Translations under genes and position numbers: made by a program
In this document: positions 1 to 9,351 of the stretch, one piece after another
How positions within the stretch are numbered: position 1 is the stretch's first letter
Layout: each line of letters opens with the position of its first letter
Notes under the pieces: model-generated
The model's input: the letters and a program-made list of their open reading frames with translations, nothing else
Database searches by the model: none
Told to the model about the DNA's origin: nothing
Source: Gemmatimonadota bacterium
Lineage (GTDB): Bacteria > Gemmatimonadota > Gemmatimonadetes > Gemmatimonadales > GWC2-71-9
Assembly (NCBI GenBank): GCA_034440415.1
Contig: JAWXBX010000234.1
Coordinates: 1 to 60,600 of the forward strand
Reading direction: 5' to 3'
DNA length: 60,600 nucleotides

Positions 1-27
1 CTAGTTACCTGGCTATCGAGGGATTTT

Positions 28-372
28 GTGGCCAAACCCCGCACCGACGTCCTCCAGGGCACCCTGACGCTTCTGATCCTCAAGACGGTGAGCCGGTCGC
101 GGCTGCACGGCTACGCCATCACCAGCCAGATCCAGCGCATCTCGCATGACCTGCTGCGAGTCGAGGAGGGTTCACTCTACCCGGCGCTGCACCGCATGGA
201 AGAGGACGGCTGGATCAAGAGCGAATGGGGCATCACCGAGACCGGGCGCCGCGCGCGGTTTTATGGCATTACCGCGAAGGGGCGCACGCAGCTGGCGGAA
301 GAAGAGGAAAGCTGGGACCGGCTGCTCAAGGGCGTCGGCCATGTGCTGCGGTTCGCCGCAGCGGGAGCGTGA
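28..372 (+). CDS. PadR-family transcriptional regulator
   Basis: 114 aa with a GTG start. Winged-helix PadR signature (LLILKTV...HGYAI...SLYPALHRMEEDGWI...W...GR.RFY.IT..G). The stop lies 2 nt before the permease ATG. Confidence 0.9.
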   Translation: MAKPRTDVLQGTLTLLILKTVSRSRLHGYAITSQIQRISHDLLRVEEGSLYPALHRMEEDGWIKSEWGITETGRRARFYGITAKGRTQLAEEEESWDRLLKGVGHVLRFAAAGA

Positions 373-374
373 CC

Positions 375-2992
375 ATGAGTGTCCGCTCCAGGATCATCGA
401 TTCGCTGTTCCGCCGTGAGCGTCTCTCCACTGATCTGGCCGACGAGATGGCCTTTCACATCGAGGAGCGCACCCGCGAGAACATCCACAGGGGCATGACG
501 CCCGCCGAGGCGGAAGCCGAGGCGCGCCGGAGCTTCGGCAATGTGTCACTGCGGCACGACGAGATCCGGGTAATCGCGTGGGTCGATAGCATTGTGCGGG
601 AAGCGGGACAGGCGCTCCGCAGTCTCGGCCGTCGGCCGGGATTCGTCGCCACCGCGGCGCTCTCCCTGGCGCTCGGCATCGGGGCCACCAGCACCATCTT
701 CAGCGTGGTCGATACCGTGCTCTTCCGCCCGCTCTCCGCGCTGAACCCGGAATCACTGGTGAGCTTCCGCGAGGTGCGCAAAGGCGAACTGATCGGCGGC
801 AACGCCGAGCGGCTGCGCGACTATCGGGCCAGCGCCACGACCCTCACCCAGCTTTCCGGCTTTTACGGCGAGCCCGCCACGCTCACCGGCAACGCGGAAC
901 CGGAGCGGATCGAATCGCTCCGTACCTTCGGCCCGCTGTTGCAGCTGCTTGGCATCGAACCCATGCTGGGCCGGAGTTTCACCGACGAGGAGCGTGACGG
1001 CCTCGGTGCACCCGTCGCGCTCATGAGTCATGGCCTCTGGCAGCGGCGCTTCGGCGGGAAGCCGGAGACGCTGAACCAGGCCATCACGGTCGACTGGACC
1101 AGCTATACCGTCATTGGCATCCTTGCAACGTCGTTCCGCTACCCGGAGGGCGAGGACCTGGTCATCCCGGCCAGCAGCGGCTTGCAGCAGGCGAGTCGCA
1201 AGCAGGGCAACTACTTCGCGATCGTCGGTCGGCTCGCACCCGGGGTAACACTGACGGCCGCGCAGACGGAAATCGACGGCATTGGCCGGCGCTTCGCCAC
1301 GTCGTATCCGGAAACCGACGGCGAAATGCGCGCGAGCGTGGTGCCGCTGCTGGCGGCCGAGACCGAGTCGGCGCGCGAGCCACTGCTGCTGCTGTTCGGG
1401 GCCGTCGGGCTGGTGCTCCTGATCGCGTGCGTGAATGTGGCGAGCCTGCTGCTTTCCCGTGGCGCGGAGCGCCGGCATGAGGCGGCCATCCGGGTGGCGA
1501 TGGGCGCGGGCCGTGCCAGCCTGCTCCGGCTCTATCTGATCGAGAGTCTCTGGATCGCGATTGCCGGCGCAGGGGGGGCTGATCTTCGCCTGGATCGGCG
1601 TGCCGCTGCTCGCCCGCGTCCTCCCGTCCGAACTGCCCCGACTCTCTGAGGTCAGCCTCGACTTCCGGGTCGTGGGCTTCGCCGCCTTGATCGCTGTTGT
1701 TTCCGGACTCGGTGTCGGCCTGGTGCCGGCGTGGCGAGCCGCACGGGAGGCGGGCAACGAAGCACTGCGGGCCGGTGGTCGCTCGACGCCCTCGAGCAGC
1801 CGGGTGCTGGCGCGACGGACGCTGGTGGTGGTTCAAGTTGCGCTCTCGATGATCCTGCTGGTGGGCGCCGCGCTGCTGGGGCGCAGTCTGTACCAGATGC
1901 GGACACTCCGACGGGGCTGGGCGAGACCCGGGCGCTGGCGGTGCGGATCAACTGGTCGTGGGATGCGGGCGACACTCGACTGCACGAGTTCCAGCGCCGG
2001 CTGCTCGAGAGTTTCGTGGCGCTCCCCGGGGTGCGGTCCGTTGGTATGACCGATCGGCTGCCGCTCGAAGGCGGTGCCCAGTCACGCCCGGTGCAGCTGC
2101 GCGACGCGACGTCGCCCTGGGCGGCTCTGCTGGGCGACAGGTCCATCTCGTACCGGGCGGTCGATCCCGGCTATTTCCAGACCCTCAACATCCCGGTGCG
2201 CGGCGAGAGACTGTGGAGCTCCAACCGCGGACCGCAGGAGCCGCGGGAGGTGGTCGTCAACGAAACCTTTGCCCGGATGTACCTCCCTCCCGGCGGGGCG
2301 CTCGGCCGCTACCTCACGCTCGACACCAGGTCCGGCGGAGGGCCGCCCCAGAGCTGGGCTGAAGTGGTCGGTGTCGTCGGCGACCTGCGCATGACGCTGA
2401 ATCAGCCGGAGCCGGTACCGGAGATCTATGTGCCATACCAGGAGACCTACTGGCCACTGCTGACGATCGTGCTGAGCGCGAGCGGCGACCCCAGAGCGCT
2501 GACTCAGCAGGTACGCGACGCGGTACATGCGATCGACCCCGACCAGATCATCGACGGGATCGCACCACTGGAAGACGAACTGAAGATCGCGACCGCCGAG
2601 GCACGGACGCGGACCGGGATGGTCGGGGTGTTCGCGCTGGCGGCGCTGCTGCTGGCAGGGATTGGACTCTACGGTGTGCTGTCGAGCGATGTCACCCAGC
2701 GCACCCAGGAGATCGGGGTGCGACTGGCACTCGGCGCCGATCCAAACAGGTGCGCTGGATGCTGGTGCGCCGCGGGCTACTGCTTACCACCGCCGGACTC
2801 GGTACGGGGCTGGCCGCGGCGTTCCTGCTGGGGAAGGTGCTGGCCAATCAGTTGTTTGGCGTGACGGCGACGGACCTGCTCGCCTTTGCTGGTGCGGCAG
2901 TGGTGCTTGCCACCGTGGCGCTGGTCGCCTGCTGGGTGCCGGCGCAGCGGGCGGCGCGTCTGGATCCGGTGGAGGCGCTGAGGCGGGAGTAG
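375..2992 (+). pseudogene. ADOP-family duplicated FtsX/MacB-like permease, interrupted by three +/-1 frameshifts
   Basis: One continuous homologous protein is spread over four ORF-track frames: 375-~1578, ~1579-~1900, ~1900-~2749 and ~2750-2992. The N-terminus MSVRSRIIDSLFRRERL...FHIEERT and C-terminus ...CWVPAQRAARLDPVEALRRE are typical of ADOP permeases. The first shift lies in a G7 run at 1572-1578. Confidence 0.85.
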
Positions 2993-3045
2993 GCGCGACC
3001 GAAGCGCCTTAGGAGCGGCGAAGCCGCGACTCGGCGCGAGGGAGG

Positions 3046-3061
3046 GGCGATTGGGCGGTTG
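3046..3061. repeat. Octamer tandem repeat GGCGATTG-GGCGGTTG (2 units, possibly a degenerate third)
   Basis: Read directly. The 18-mer ggcgattgggcggttggg is identical to the one at 5311-5328. It lies between convergent genes. Confidence 0.85.
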
Positions 3062-3149
3062 GGACGGCAAGAAGCCAGGTGGCGGCGGAGCTCCAGCTCC
3101 GCCCATGGCGAGCTGCTATCTCATCTCAGGCAAGGGGTACACTGCTACC

Positions 3150-4166
3150 CTACCCCAGCACCCGCGTCTCACCATGCGCCAGCAGCCACAGCCCCTCGGG
3201 ATCGTAGCCGATCTTCTCCCACAAGGCACGGAAGCGTTTTGGTGGCTCATCGAGTGCTTCGTCGGTGAGCTTGAAGGTGCCCCAGTGAATCGGCACCACC
3301 GCTGGCGGGCGGATGGAGTGCGATGCACCCGCGGCCAGTCGTTGCGACGCGGCAGCGCCTAACAGGGCGGCGTACGCCTCGAGCGCGTCCTCGGGATTCA
3401 TGTGCATGGCCTGCATGAACCAGCGCGGGGCATAGGCGCCGATCGGCAGGAGGACGACATCGAACGGGCCGAAGCGCCGGCCGATCTCGCCGAAGACCGG
3501 ATGCAGGCCGGTGTCGCCCGCAAAGAACACGGCACGATTCCCCACCCGGACGGTCCAGCCACACCAGAGCGACTGATTGCGGTCGTGAAAGCCGCGGGCG
3601 CTGAAATGCTGCGCGGGGGTGCAGCCCATCGTGGCGCCGGCGGCGTGGAGCGTGCCCCACCAGTCGCACTCCTCGATGACCTGCACCCCAAGCTGCCGGA
3701 GCAGTGAACGCAGGCCGAGCGGTGCGCACCAGACGGCGCGCGGGTGGAGCCGTGCGAGCGCGCGGACGGTGCCGCTGTCAAGATGGTCGTAGTGATTGTG
3801 CGACAGCAGTACGATGTCGATCGCCGGCAGCGCGCTGAGGAGTACGGGAGGGCGCATGAAGCGCCGCAGCCGGGGCAGCGGGACCGGCGCCGCATGACTG
3901 CCCCAGACCGGATCGGTCAGGACGGTGCAGCCGGGAAACTCGATCAGCACCGACGAGTGCCCGCACCAGGTGATAGCGAGCGCACCCTTCCGACCGGCCA
4001 GCCCGAATTTCGGGGTGGCGGCGGGGAAGCTGCCGCGAGGTGGATCGGCGGCGGGACGATGGGTCGTGTTGCGATCGAGGAACCACTTGAACAGGTCACC
4101 GTATCCCCTGACTTCACTGCCGGGCCAGGGGTTGCGGAAGCCGCCGTTGGGGTCGTGGTGATCCAT
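3150..4166 (-). CDS. MBL-fold metallo-hydrolase (NAPE-PLD-like / Lactamase_B_2 type)
   Basis: 338 aa ORF with the HxHxDH motif (LLSHNHYDHLD) and downstream GDTG and H residues typical of this family. Confidence 0.85.
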   Translation of the reverse strand: MDHHDPNGGFRNPWPGSEVRGYGDLFKWFLDRNTTHRPAADPPRGSFPAATPKFGLAGRKGALAITWCGHSSVLIEFPGCTVLTDPVWGSHAAPVPLPRLRRFMRPPVLLSALPAIDIVLLSHNHYDHLDSGTVRALARLHPRAVWCAPLGLRSLLRQLGVQVIEECDWWGTLHAAGATMGCTPAQHFSARGFHDRNQSLWCGWTVRVGNRAVFFAGDTGLHPVFGEIGRRFGPFDVVLLPIGAYAPRWFMQAMHMNPEDALEAYAALLGAAASQRLAAGASHSIRPPAVVPIHWGTFKLTDEALDEPPKRFRALWEKIGYDPEGLWLLAHGETRVLG

Positions 4167-4398
4167 AAGGGGAATGTAAGTGGGGGCGGTCGGACGGGCA
4201 GATGGTCAGGGGAAAGGGGGACACGAGGTGATCCGTTTCGCTGGGGTTTGTAGCGATTCGGTGCAAGGGAGAATCAGAAGCCGACTTGGTAACCTCTTGC
4301 GGGTGAATGGCTTTTCGGAAAATCACCGATGGCAGGAGAGATGCCCATGAGGACGGCAGAGCATCACTCACGATGATCCCTTCATTCCGGAGCGTTCC

Positions 4399-4857
4399 AT
4401 GCGTATCGCCTTCCTGATTCCAGCCGCCGTCACTCTGCTCGCCGCCTGTTCCGCCACCTCCAGCACCGACCCGAGCGCCGCGGGTAGCGGTGCCAACGCG
4501 ACTGGCGGGGCCAACACCGGCGTCGGGGCCAATGCTGCCATCGCACGAGTGACGTGCGACGTGCGGGTGCCCTCCCGCTCCAGGATTTCCGTGGACGGCA
4601 ACAACCTGAGTCCGCTCAACGGACGATTTACCGCCAGGGTGCGTTCCGGCGCGAACGGCGCGGCCGCTCCGGCCCAGACGGCTGTTGGCGACCAGGCCGG
4701 CTTCGACTTCGACAGCAACCCGGCCGACATCGCCGCCGGTGCGACCGCGATCAGCCGCACCTTCATCTCCGCCGCGGCGCCGACGGTCTCGGCCCAGATC
4801 CTCAACGCCGCCGGCGTCGTCGTGGCGAGCGGAACGGCCAGCTGCCGGGTGCGCTGA
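4399..4857 (+). CDS. Hypothetical lipoprotein
   Basis: 152 aa with a signal peptide and lipobox (AAVTLLAAC). The mature part is Ala/Gly/Ser-rich and is followed by a hairpin. Confidence 0.7.
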   Translation: MRIAFLIPAAVTLLAACSATSSTDPSAAGSGANATGGANTGVGANAAIARVTCDVRVPSRSRISVDGNNLSPLNGRFTARVRSGANGAAAPAQTAVGDQAGFDFDSNPADIAAGATAISRTFISAAAPTVSAQILNAAGVVVASGTASCRVR

Positions 4858-4875
4858 GTCGCCACCAATCCATGC

Positions 4876-4909
4876 CTGACGGGGGGCTCCTTCGGGAGCC
4901 CCCCATCAG
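4876..4909 (+). terminator. Putative intrinsic terminator hairpin
   Basis: GGGGGGCTCC (4881-4890), loop TTCG, GGAGCCCCCC (4895-4904), with a few extra flanking pairs. It starts 19 nt after the lipoprotein stop. The trailing T tract is weak (gcgtttcc). Confidence 0.5.
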
Positions 4910-5310
4910 CGTTTCCACTCCCCGCGCGTTGTGAGGCGGCCCGCGGAAGGTCGCGCGGCGACCGATGGTTGCGCAATCCCGCGGTTGCTCGCACCGCCCG
5001 CTCTACTGGCTCGGGCTGACAGGAGAGTGCGGCACGGGAACCATCGCTCCGCCGTACCCCGCCTCGGCAGCTTGCCAATTCCATCATCGCGCTTCAGCTT
5101 CATCCGGAGCCCCCTCGCAGGCTGCCAATGCCACATCGGACCCCGCTCTTCTTCCTCGCGTTTCTTGCGGGCTGCGGCCGCACTGAGCACGCCGGCCTCG
5201 CTGTGCCGATCATCGACACCATCGCCGGCCCGCGCGCGTCAAGAAGTTCTTCCATCATCCGCGCGTTCGCTACGCCGCGTAGTATCAACTAAACCGTGGC
5301 CCAAGTAATA

Positions 5311-5326
5311 GGCGATTGGGCGGTTG
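5311..5326. repeat. Octamer tandem repeat GGCGATTG-GGCGGTTG
   Basis: Read directly and identical to 3046-3061. It sits at the upstream edge of a gene remnant in a visibly less GC-rich patch. Confidence 0.85.
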
Positions 5327-5362
5327 GGCATATTCAGCTTGACTCGTCTCGATAGGGACTGT

Positions 5363-5452
5363 GCGGCTCCGTCGGTCTCCGCGCAGATCCTCAACGCCGT
5401 CGGGACAATCGTGACCAGCGGGACCGCACTTGCCTTCAGCCACCACCGATAG
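5363..5452 (+). pseudogene. 3'-terminal remnant of a paralogue of the 4399..4857 lipoprotein gene
   Basis: It translates to AAPSVSAQILNAVGTIVTSGTALAFSHHR*, compared with the C-terminus AAPTVSAQILNAAGVVVASGTASCRVR* of 4399..4857. A stop lies in frame at 5309-5311, so only about 30 codons remain. Confidence 0.5.
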
Positions 5453-5512
5453 TTATTTCGGTATCTCTTCGCTTCAACTTCGCCCTCCTGCAACTTCTAT
5501 GGTGGACTTCCC

Positions 5513-6898
5513 GTGAAGGGCTTCGTTCCCACCCCGCCAGCCGTCGTTGACCTGATGGTCGCCAAGCTCTTCGTGGAGCGGGCGCCAGGGGGTGACGCAT
5601 CCGTCCTGGATCCGGGCTGCGGCGATGGCGAGTTCATAGCGGGAGTGCTGCGGGCCTGTGCCGCGAATCGCTGGGTGGTACCCCGAATCGTCGGGGTCGA
5701 GCAGAATCCGGTGCGCGCGGCCACGGCCAGGGAGCGATTCAGCCAGACGCCTGAAGTTGAGATCCTGCAGGCGGATTTCCTCCAACGGCTGGATTCGTCC
5801 TTCGACTACATCATCGGCAACCCCCCCTACGTTTCGATCACCGGCCTCTCGCCCGACGAGCGCATCACCTATCGGGAGGCCTACCACACGGCGCGCGGCC
5901 GGTTTGACCTGTACACGCTGTTCTTCGAGCAGGCGCTGTGGCTATTGAAGGCGGACGGACGACTGGTCTTCATCACGCCGGAGAAGTTCATCTACGTCGA
6001 GACTGCCGCGCCACTCCGGGGGTTGCTGCGTCGGCACGGGGTCGAGGAGCTGCATTTCGCCAGTGAAGCCACCTTCGGTGAACGGGTCACATACCCGCTC
6101 ATCTCGACAATCAACGCCCTGCCGCCCGGCGCGCAGACACGGGTGGTGCGCCGCGACAGCTCTGTCGCCAGCGTGGCATTACATACGACGGCGTCCTGGC
6201 TACCGGTGATCGAGGGCTTTCCTGATCGACCCTCCACCTCGAAGATGTGTCTCTCCGATGTCGCCCTGCGAATCAGCTGCGGTGTGGCGACAGGCGCGGA
6301 CGGGGTGTTTGTCGTGCCTGCCGCCGAGCTTTCGCCGGAACTCAAGTCATTCGCGCACCCGACGGTGTCCGGCCGACAGATCATGCCCTCCCATGAGCTT
6401 GTGCTCCGCTCCAGCCTGCTGGCACCCTACGATGAAGCGGGCGGACTGTTGCCGGAGCATCAGCTCGGTGCGCTGGGAACATTCCTGCGCGACCCGAAAC
6501 GCCGCGACCGGCTGGATCGTCGCACGTGCGTCGGGCGCAAGCCATGGTACGCATTTCACGACAACTTCCCGCTGGCCGATTTGCTGCGGCCCAAGCTCCT
6601 CTGCAAGGACATCACGGAAGAACCCTTCTTCGTGGTGGACCGTGATGGTGTCCTGGTGCCGCGGCATTCAGTTTACTATATCGTGCCGGCCGATCCCGCC
6701 GATCTCGAGCCGCTGGCCGAGTACCTGAACTCGGCGGAGGCGCGCGCGTGGCTGCGGGCGCATTGCCAGCGCGCCGCCAATGGCTTCCTGCGACTGCAGA
6801 GTCACGTCCTGAAAAAACTTCCCCTGCCGGTCGGCTTTCATTCACGCGCCGAAGTGAGTCGAGCATCCTCCCGGCAGCGGGAGCTGCTTCCCGCATGA
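5513..6898 (+). CDS. Type II N6-adenine DNA methyltransferase, gamma class (Eco57I/TaqI-like) with C-terminal TaqI_C-like target recognition domain
   Basis: 461 aa with a GTG start. Motif I is LDPGCGDGEF and motif IV is IIGNPPY, in the order I then IV. The C-terminal ISCGVATGADGVFVV-type segment resembles TaqI-like specificity domains. Confidence 0.9.
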   Translation: MKGFVPTPPAVVDLMVAKLFVERAPGGDASVLDPGCGDGEFIAGVLRACAANRWVVPRIVGVEQNPVRAATARERFSQTPEVEILQADFLQRLDSSFDYIIGNPPYVSITGLSPDERITYREAYHTARGRFDLYTLFFEQALWLLKADGRLVFITPEKFIYVETAAPLRGLLRRHGVEELHFASEATFGERVTYPLISTINALPPGAQTRVVRRDSSVASVALHTTASWLPVIEGFPDRPSTSKMCLSDVALRISCGVATGADGVFVVPAAELSPELKSFAHPTVSGRQIMPSHELVLRSSLLAPYDEAGGLLPEHQLGALGTFLRDPKRRDRLDRRTCVGRKPWYAFHDNFPLADLLRPKLLCKDITEEPFFVVDRDGVLVPRHSVYYIVPADPADLEPLAEYLNSAEARAWLRAHCQRAANGFLRLQSHVLKKLPLPVGFHSRAEVSRASSRQRELLPA

Positions 6899-7674
6899 GT
6901 ACGCCGTTCGACGCCGCGATGGCGGCGATCACAGCGGCGGGGTATCACAATCACCGGCTCGAGACCCACTCGGATCTAGTGTCCGACGGCGTTGTTGCCG
7001 ATCTGCGCGTAGCCTGCGAAGCGTTTCGGAGGGACCTTGAGGATGGTGTGGTGCGGATCTGGAAAAACGTGGCCTCGCCGGGCGACCGCAAGCGGAAGGT
7101 GGATCTATTTGTAGGTGAACCGGGTTCCGATGGTGGGCCGGATATCGGAAGGGTGCGCATCGCGGTGGAGAACAAGTCCGTCATCACCGCGCACCGCAAC
7201 CGAACCAATCGCTTCGATGACCTCTCGAAGGTGCTCGCCGCTGTGCAGGGTGCTCGGCCGGGGGCATTGCCGATCGCCACGGTGCTTGTCGGTGTGGCGG
7301 ACAGGGTACTGAATGTGCCCGATCATGTGCACAAGTTCTTCCGCGACCGGGACGATGCATTCAGGGCTCAGGTCCTGCCGCGCCTTTCCACCGGCGACGA
7401 GACGCTGTTTGAGGAATTCTCCTGGGCCATCAGCGAGAACAGGCCGCAGGACCCCGCACAGACCGTCGCCATGTTCCGCACCCTCCCGACCCGTGGCCCG
7501 GCGCAGACCCACCTGGTCGCCTACGACTCGGTGCTCCTCGTGCCGGTGCAAATCGACAACGTGCATCCACCCGCACTGCCCCGGCCGAACAGCCTTGGCA
7601 TCGATGTCGACGCGGACTACCGGGAATGCATCGCCAAGACGTGCAGGGCTTACACCGCGCGGTACCACATGTGA
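6895..7674 (+). CDS. Candidate cognate restriction endonuclease (PD-(D/E)xK-like hypothetical protein)
   Basis: The ATG at 6895 overlaps the methyltransferase stop (ATGA), suggesting translational coupling. 259 aa with a KVDLFVGEP...(about 17 aa)...IAVENKS arrangement consistent with D...ExK. I recognise no other family. Confidence 0.55.
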   Translation: MSTPFDAAMAAITAAGYHNHRLETHSDLVSDGVVADLRVACEAFRRDLEDGVVRIWKNVASPGDRKRKVDLFVGEPGSDGGPDIGRVRIAVENKSVITAHRNRTNRFDDLSKVLAAVQGARPGALPIATVLVGVADRVLNVPDHVHKFFRDRDDAFRAQVLPRLSTGDETLFEEFSWAISENRPQDPAQTVAMFRTLPTRGPAQTHLVAYDSVLLVPVQIDNVHPPALPRPNSLGIDVDADYRECIAKTCRAYTARYHM

Positions 7675-7917
7675 TGCCGTTGGTAGTCCACCCGCATCAC
7701 CGTGGTACCCGTGTAGCCTCGCCGGAACCGGCGTTGCCCCGACCCGGCTGCAGCTATTCGTGATCGGTGGCTGCCAGCACTACGCCGAGTCGCCGCGTCG
7801 GGCGGTGGGTGGAGCTGGAGTCGAAGGAGGGAATGAACCGGCGGTCGCCCCGCCTGGGACTGGACCTCACTAGCCCCAACCCTCCGCCGTTTTCCCCTCA
7901 CGCACAGGATCACTTCA

Positions 7918-8340
7918 ATGCATCCCTCAACTACACGATCACGGTTCACCTCCTTTGCGAAGGCGACCGCCCGTGCCACGGGGCGGCCCCTGGCGTTCAT
8001 CCTCGCTGTGAGCGTGATCGTCGTCTGGCTCGTGACGGGCCCGCTGTTCAAGTTCAGCGACACCTGGCAATTGGTGATCAATACGGGGACGACCATCATC
8101 ACCTTCCTGATGGTGTTCCTCATTCAGAACACCCAGAATCGTGATGCCGAGGCCGTGCAGGTCAAGCTGGACGAATTGCTGCGTTCCACGGCGGGGGCGC
8201 ACAACGCACTGCTGGACCTTGAAGAGCTCGAGGAGCGCGAAATCGACCAGATCCGCGCTGGCTACGCCCGCCTGGCGGAGCGCGCCCGCGCGGACCTGCG
8301 GCGGGGAGAGCGTGACACCGGCGTGCCGGACATCGGATGA
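7918..8340 (+). CDS. Low-affinity iron permease family protein (Fet4-like small bacterial form)
   Basis: 140 aa. The GPLFKFSDTWQLVINTGTTIITFLMVFLIQNTQNRD...KLDELL block is characteristic of the family. Confidence 0.8.
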   Translation: MHPSTTRSRFTSFAKATARATGRPLAFILAVSVIVVWLVTGPLFKFSDTWQLVINTGTTIITFLMVFLIQNTQNRDAEAVQVKLDELLRSTAGAHNALLDLEELEEREIDQIRAGYARLAERARADLRRGERDTGVPDIG

Positions 8341-8469
8341 TCACTGCCTCGCCTCCAGAAGCAGGTGATTCAGCTTCCTTCCCATTTGCACGCTCGATGT
8401 CCGGCACTCCGAAGCTGAGGCACTCGATCAAGAAATTGGAGGAGCAAGGGAATCGCGGCAGGTGGTCGT

Positions 8470-8892
8470 TTGACGCTCGCCAACCCGTCAAGTGTGAAGG
8501 TTCCGATGCCTGATGCCCGCCGGGAAGTGACCGTCAAGACCCTGACCCAGCCGGGTGGACACTACAGCCACGCGGTGGTGGGCGCGGGGCTGGTCTTCGT
8601 GGCCGGCCAGCTCCCGATCACCTCCGATGGCACCCGGCTCACTGACGCTCCTTTCGCGGTCCAGGTGGAACAGACGCTGGCCAACATCGCCGCCGCGCTC
8701 ACCGCTGCCGGCAGCGGCGTCGAGAAGCTGCTCAGCGTCAGAGTGTACCTGACCGACATCGACGACTGGACGGAGTTCAACACGATCTACGCCGGCTGGG
8801 CCGGAGACGCCCGGCCGGCCCGCGCGGTGGTGCCAGTCCCGGTCCTGCACTTCGGCGTTCGAGTTGAAATCGAGGCAGTGGCGCTGGCGTAA
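8470..8892 (+). CDS. RidA/YjgF/L-PSP family protein
   Basis: Shows HYSHAV...LVFVAGQLP...VEQTLANIAAAL.AAG...VRVYLTD..D...N.IY...ARAVVPV..L....VEIEAVA. The track start is TTG 8470, and ATG at 8506 is an alternative start. Confidence 0.85.
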   Translation: MTLANPSSVKVPMPDARREVTVKTLTQPGGHYSHAVVGAGLVFVAGQLPITSDGTRLTDAPFAVQVEQTLANIAAALTAAGSGVEKLLSVRVYLTDIDDWTEFNTIYAGWAGDARPARAVVPVPVLHFGVRVEIEAVALA

Positions 8893-9351
8893 TGCACGCG
8901 GCATGGGCCGCTAGGCGATCCCCCCGAGCCGAGCTTCAAACGCTTCCCTGTAAGAGGGTGTCAGCGTCAACCGCATCCCCTCCCCCAGCACCACCTCCCA
9001 GTCACCATCACCCAGCGGCCGCAGCTCACGGACGGCGTCCTGTCATACAATCATCCTTGCCGCTCGCGGCTTCGACATGGGCGACGGGTCAACCCCGGCC
9101 TGCGCACGCTCCCGCAAACTGGCCAGTGACCGGGCAGAGGGGGGATGCACTTCAGCGCAGCAGTGTGCTGGCCCATCTCGTGGGTGCGCACTGTCGATTG
9201 CCGCCCGATCACGGCAGGGCGCAAGGAGTGATCCCCGCCACGACCCAGCATCGCCTGACATGGAGGCGGGACCCCATCTTGCCTTACGCGGGACCGCCGG
9301 CATCTTCTCCCCGACTCACTTCGTCCTCTGTTCCTCTCATAGGAGCATACG

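Noticed and set aside
1572-1578. G7 tract as a bona fide phase-variation switch of the ADOP permease
   Set aside because: The same gene has two further frameshifts that are not in repeats, so restoring the G tract alone would not restore the protein. Pseudogene decay or sequencing error is more likely.
4167-4398. Possible riboswitch or ncRNA in the 232-bp divergent intergenic region between the MBL hydrolase and lipoprotein genes
   Set aside because: I could not recognise any known riboswitch consensus or convincing conserved stem architecture by eye. It is most simply a divergent promoter region, and covariance-model scanning would be needed.
9043-9045. In-frame TGA as selenocysteine or programmed read-through
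   Set aside because: I could see no SECIS-like hairpin immediately downstream, and no selenoprotein family context. A nonsense mutation or a chance ORF is more parsimonious.
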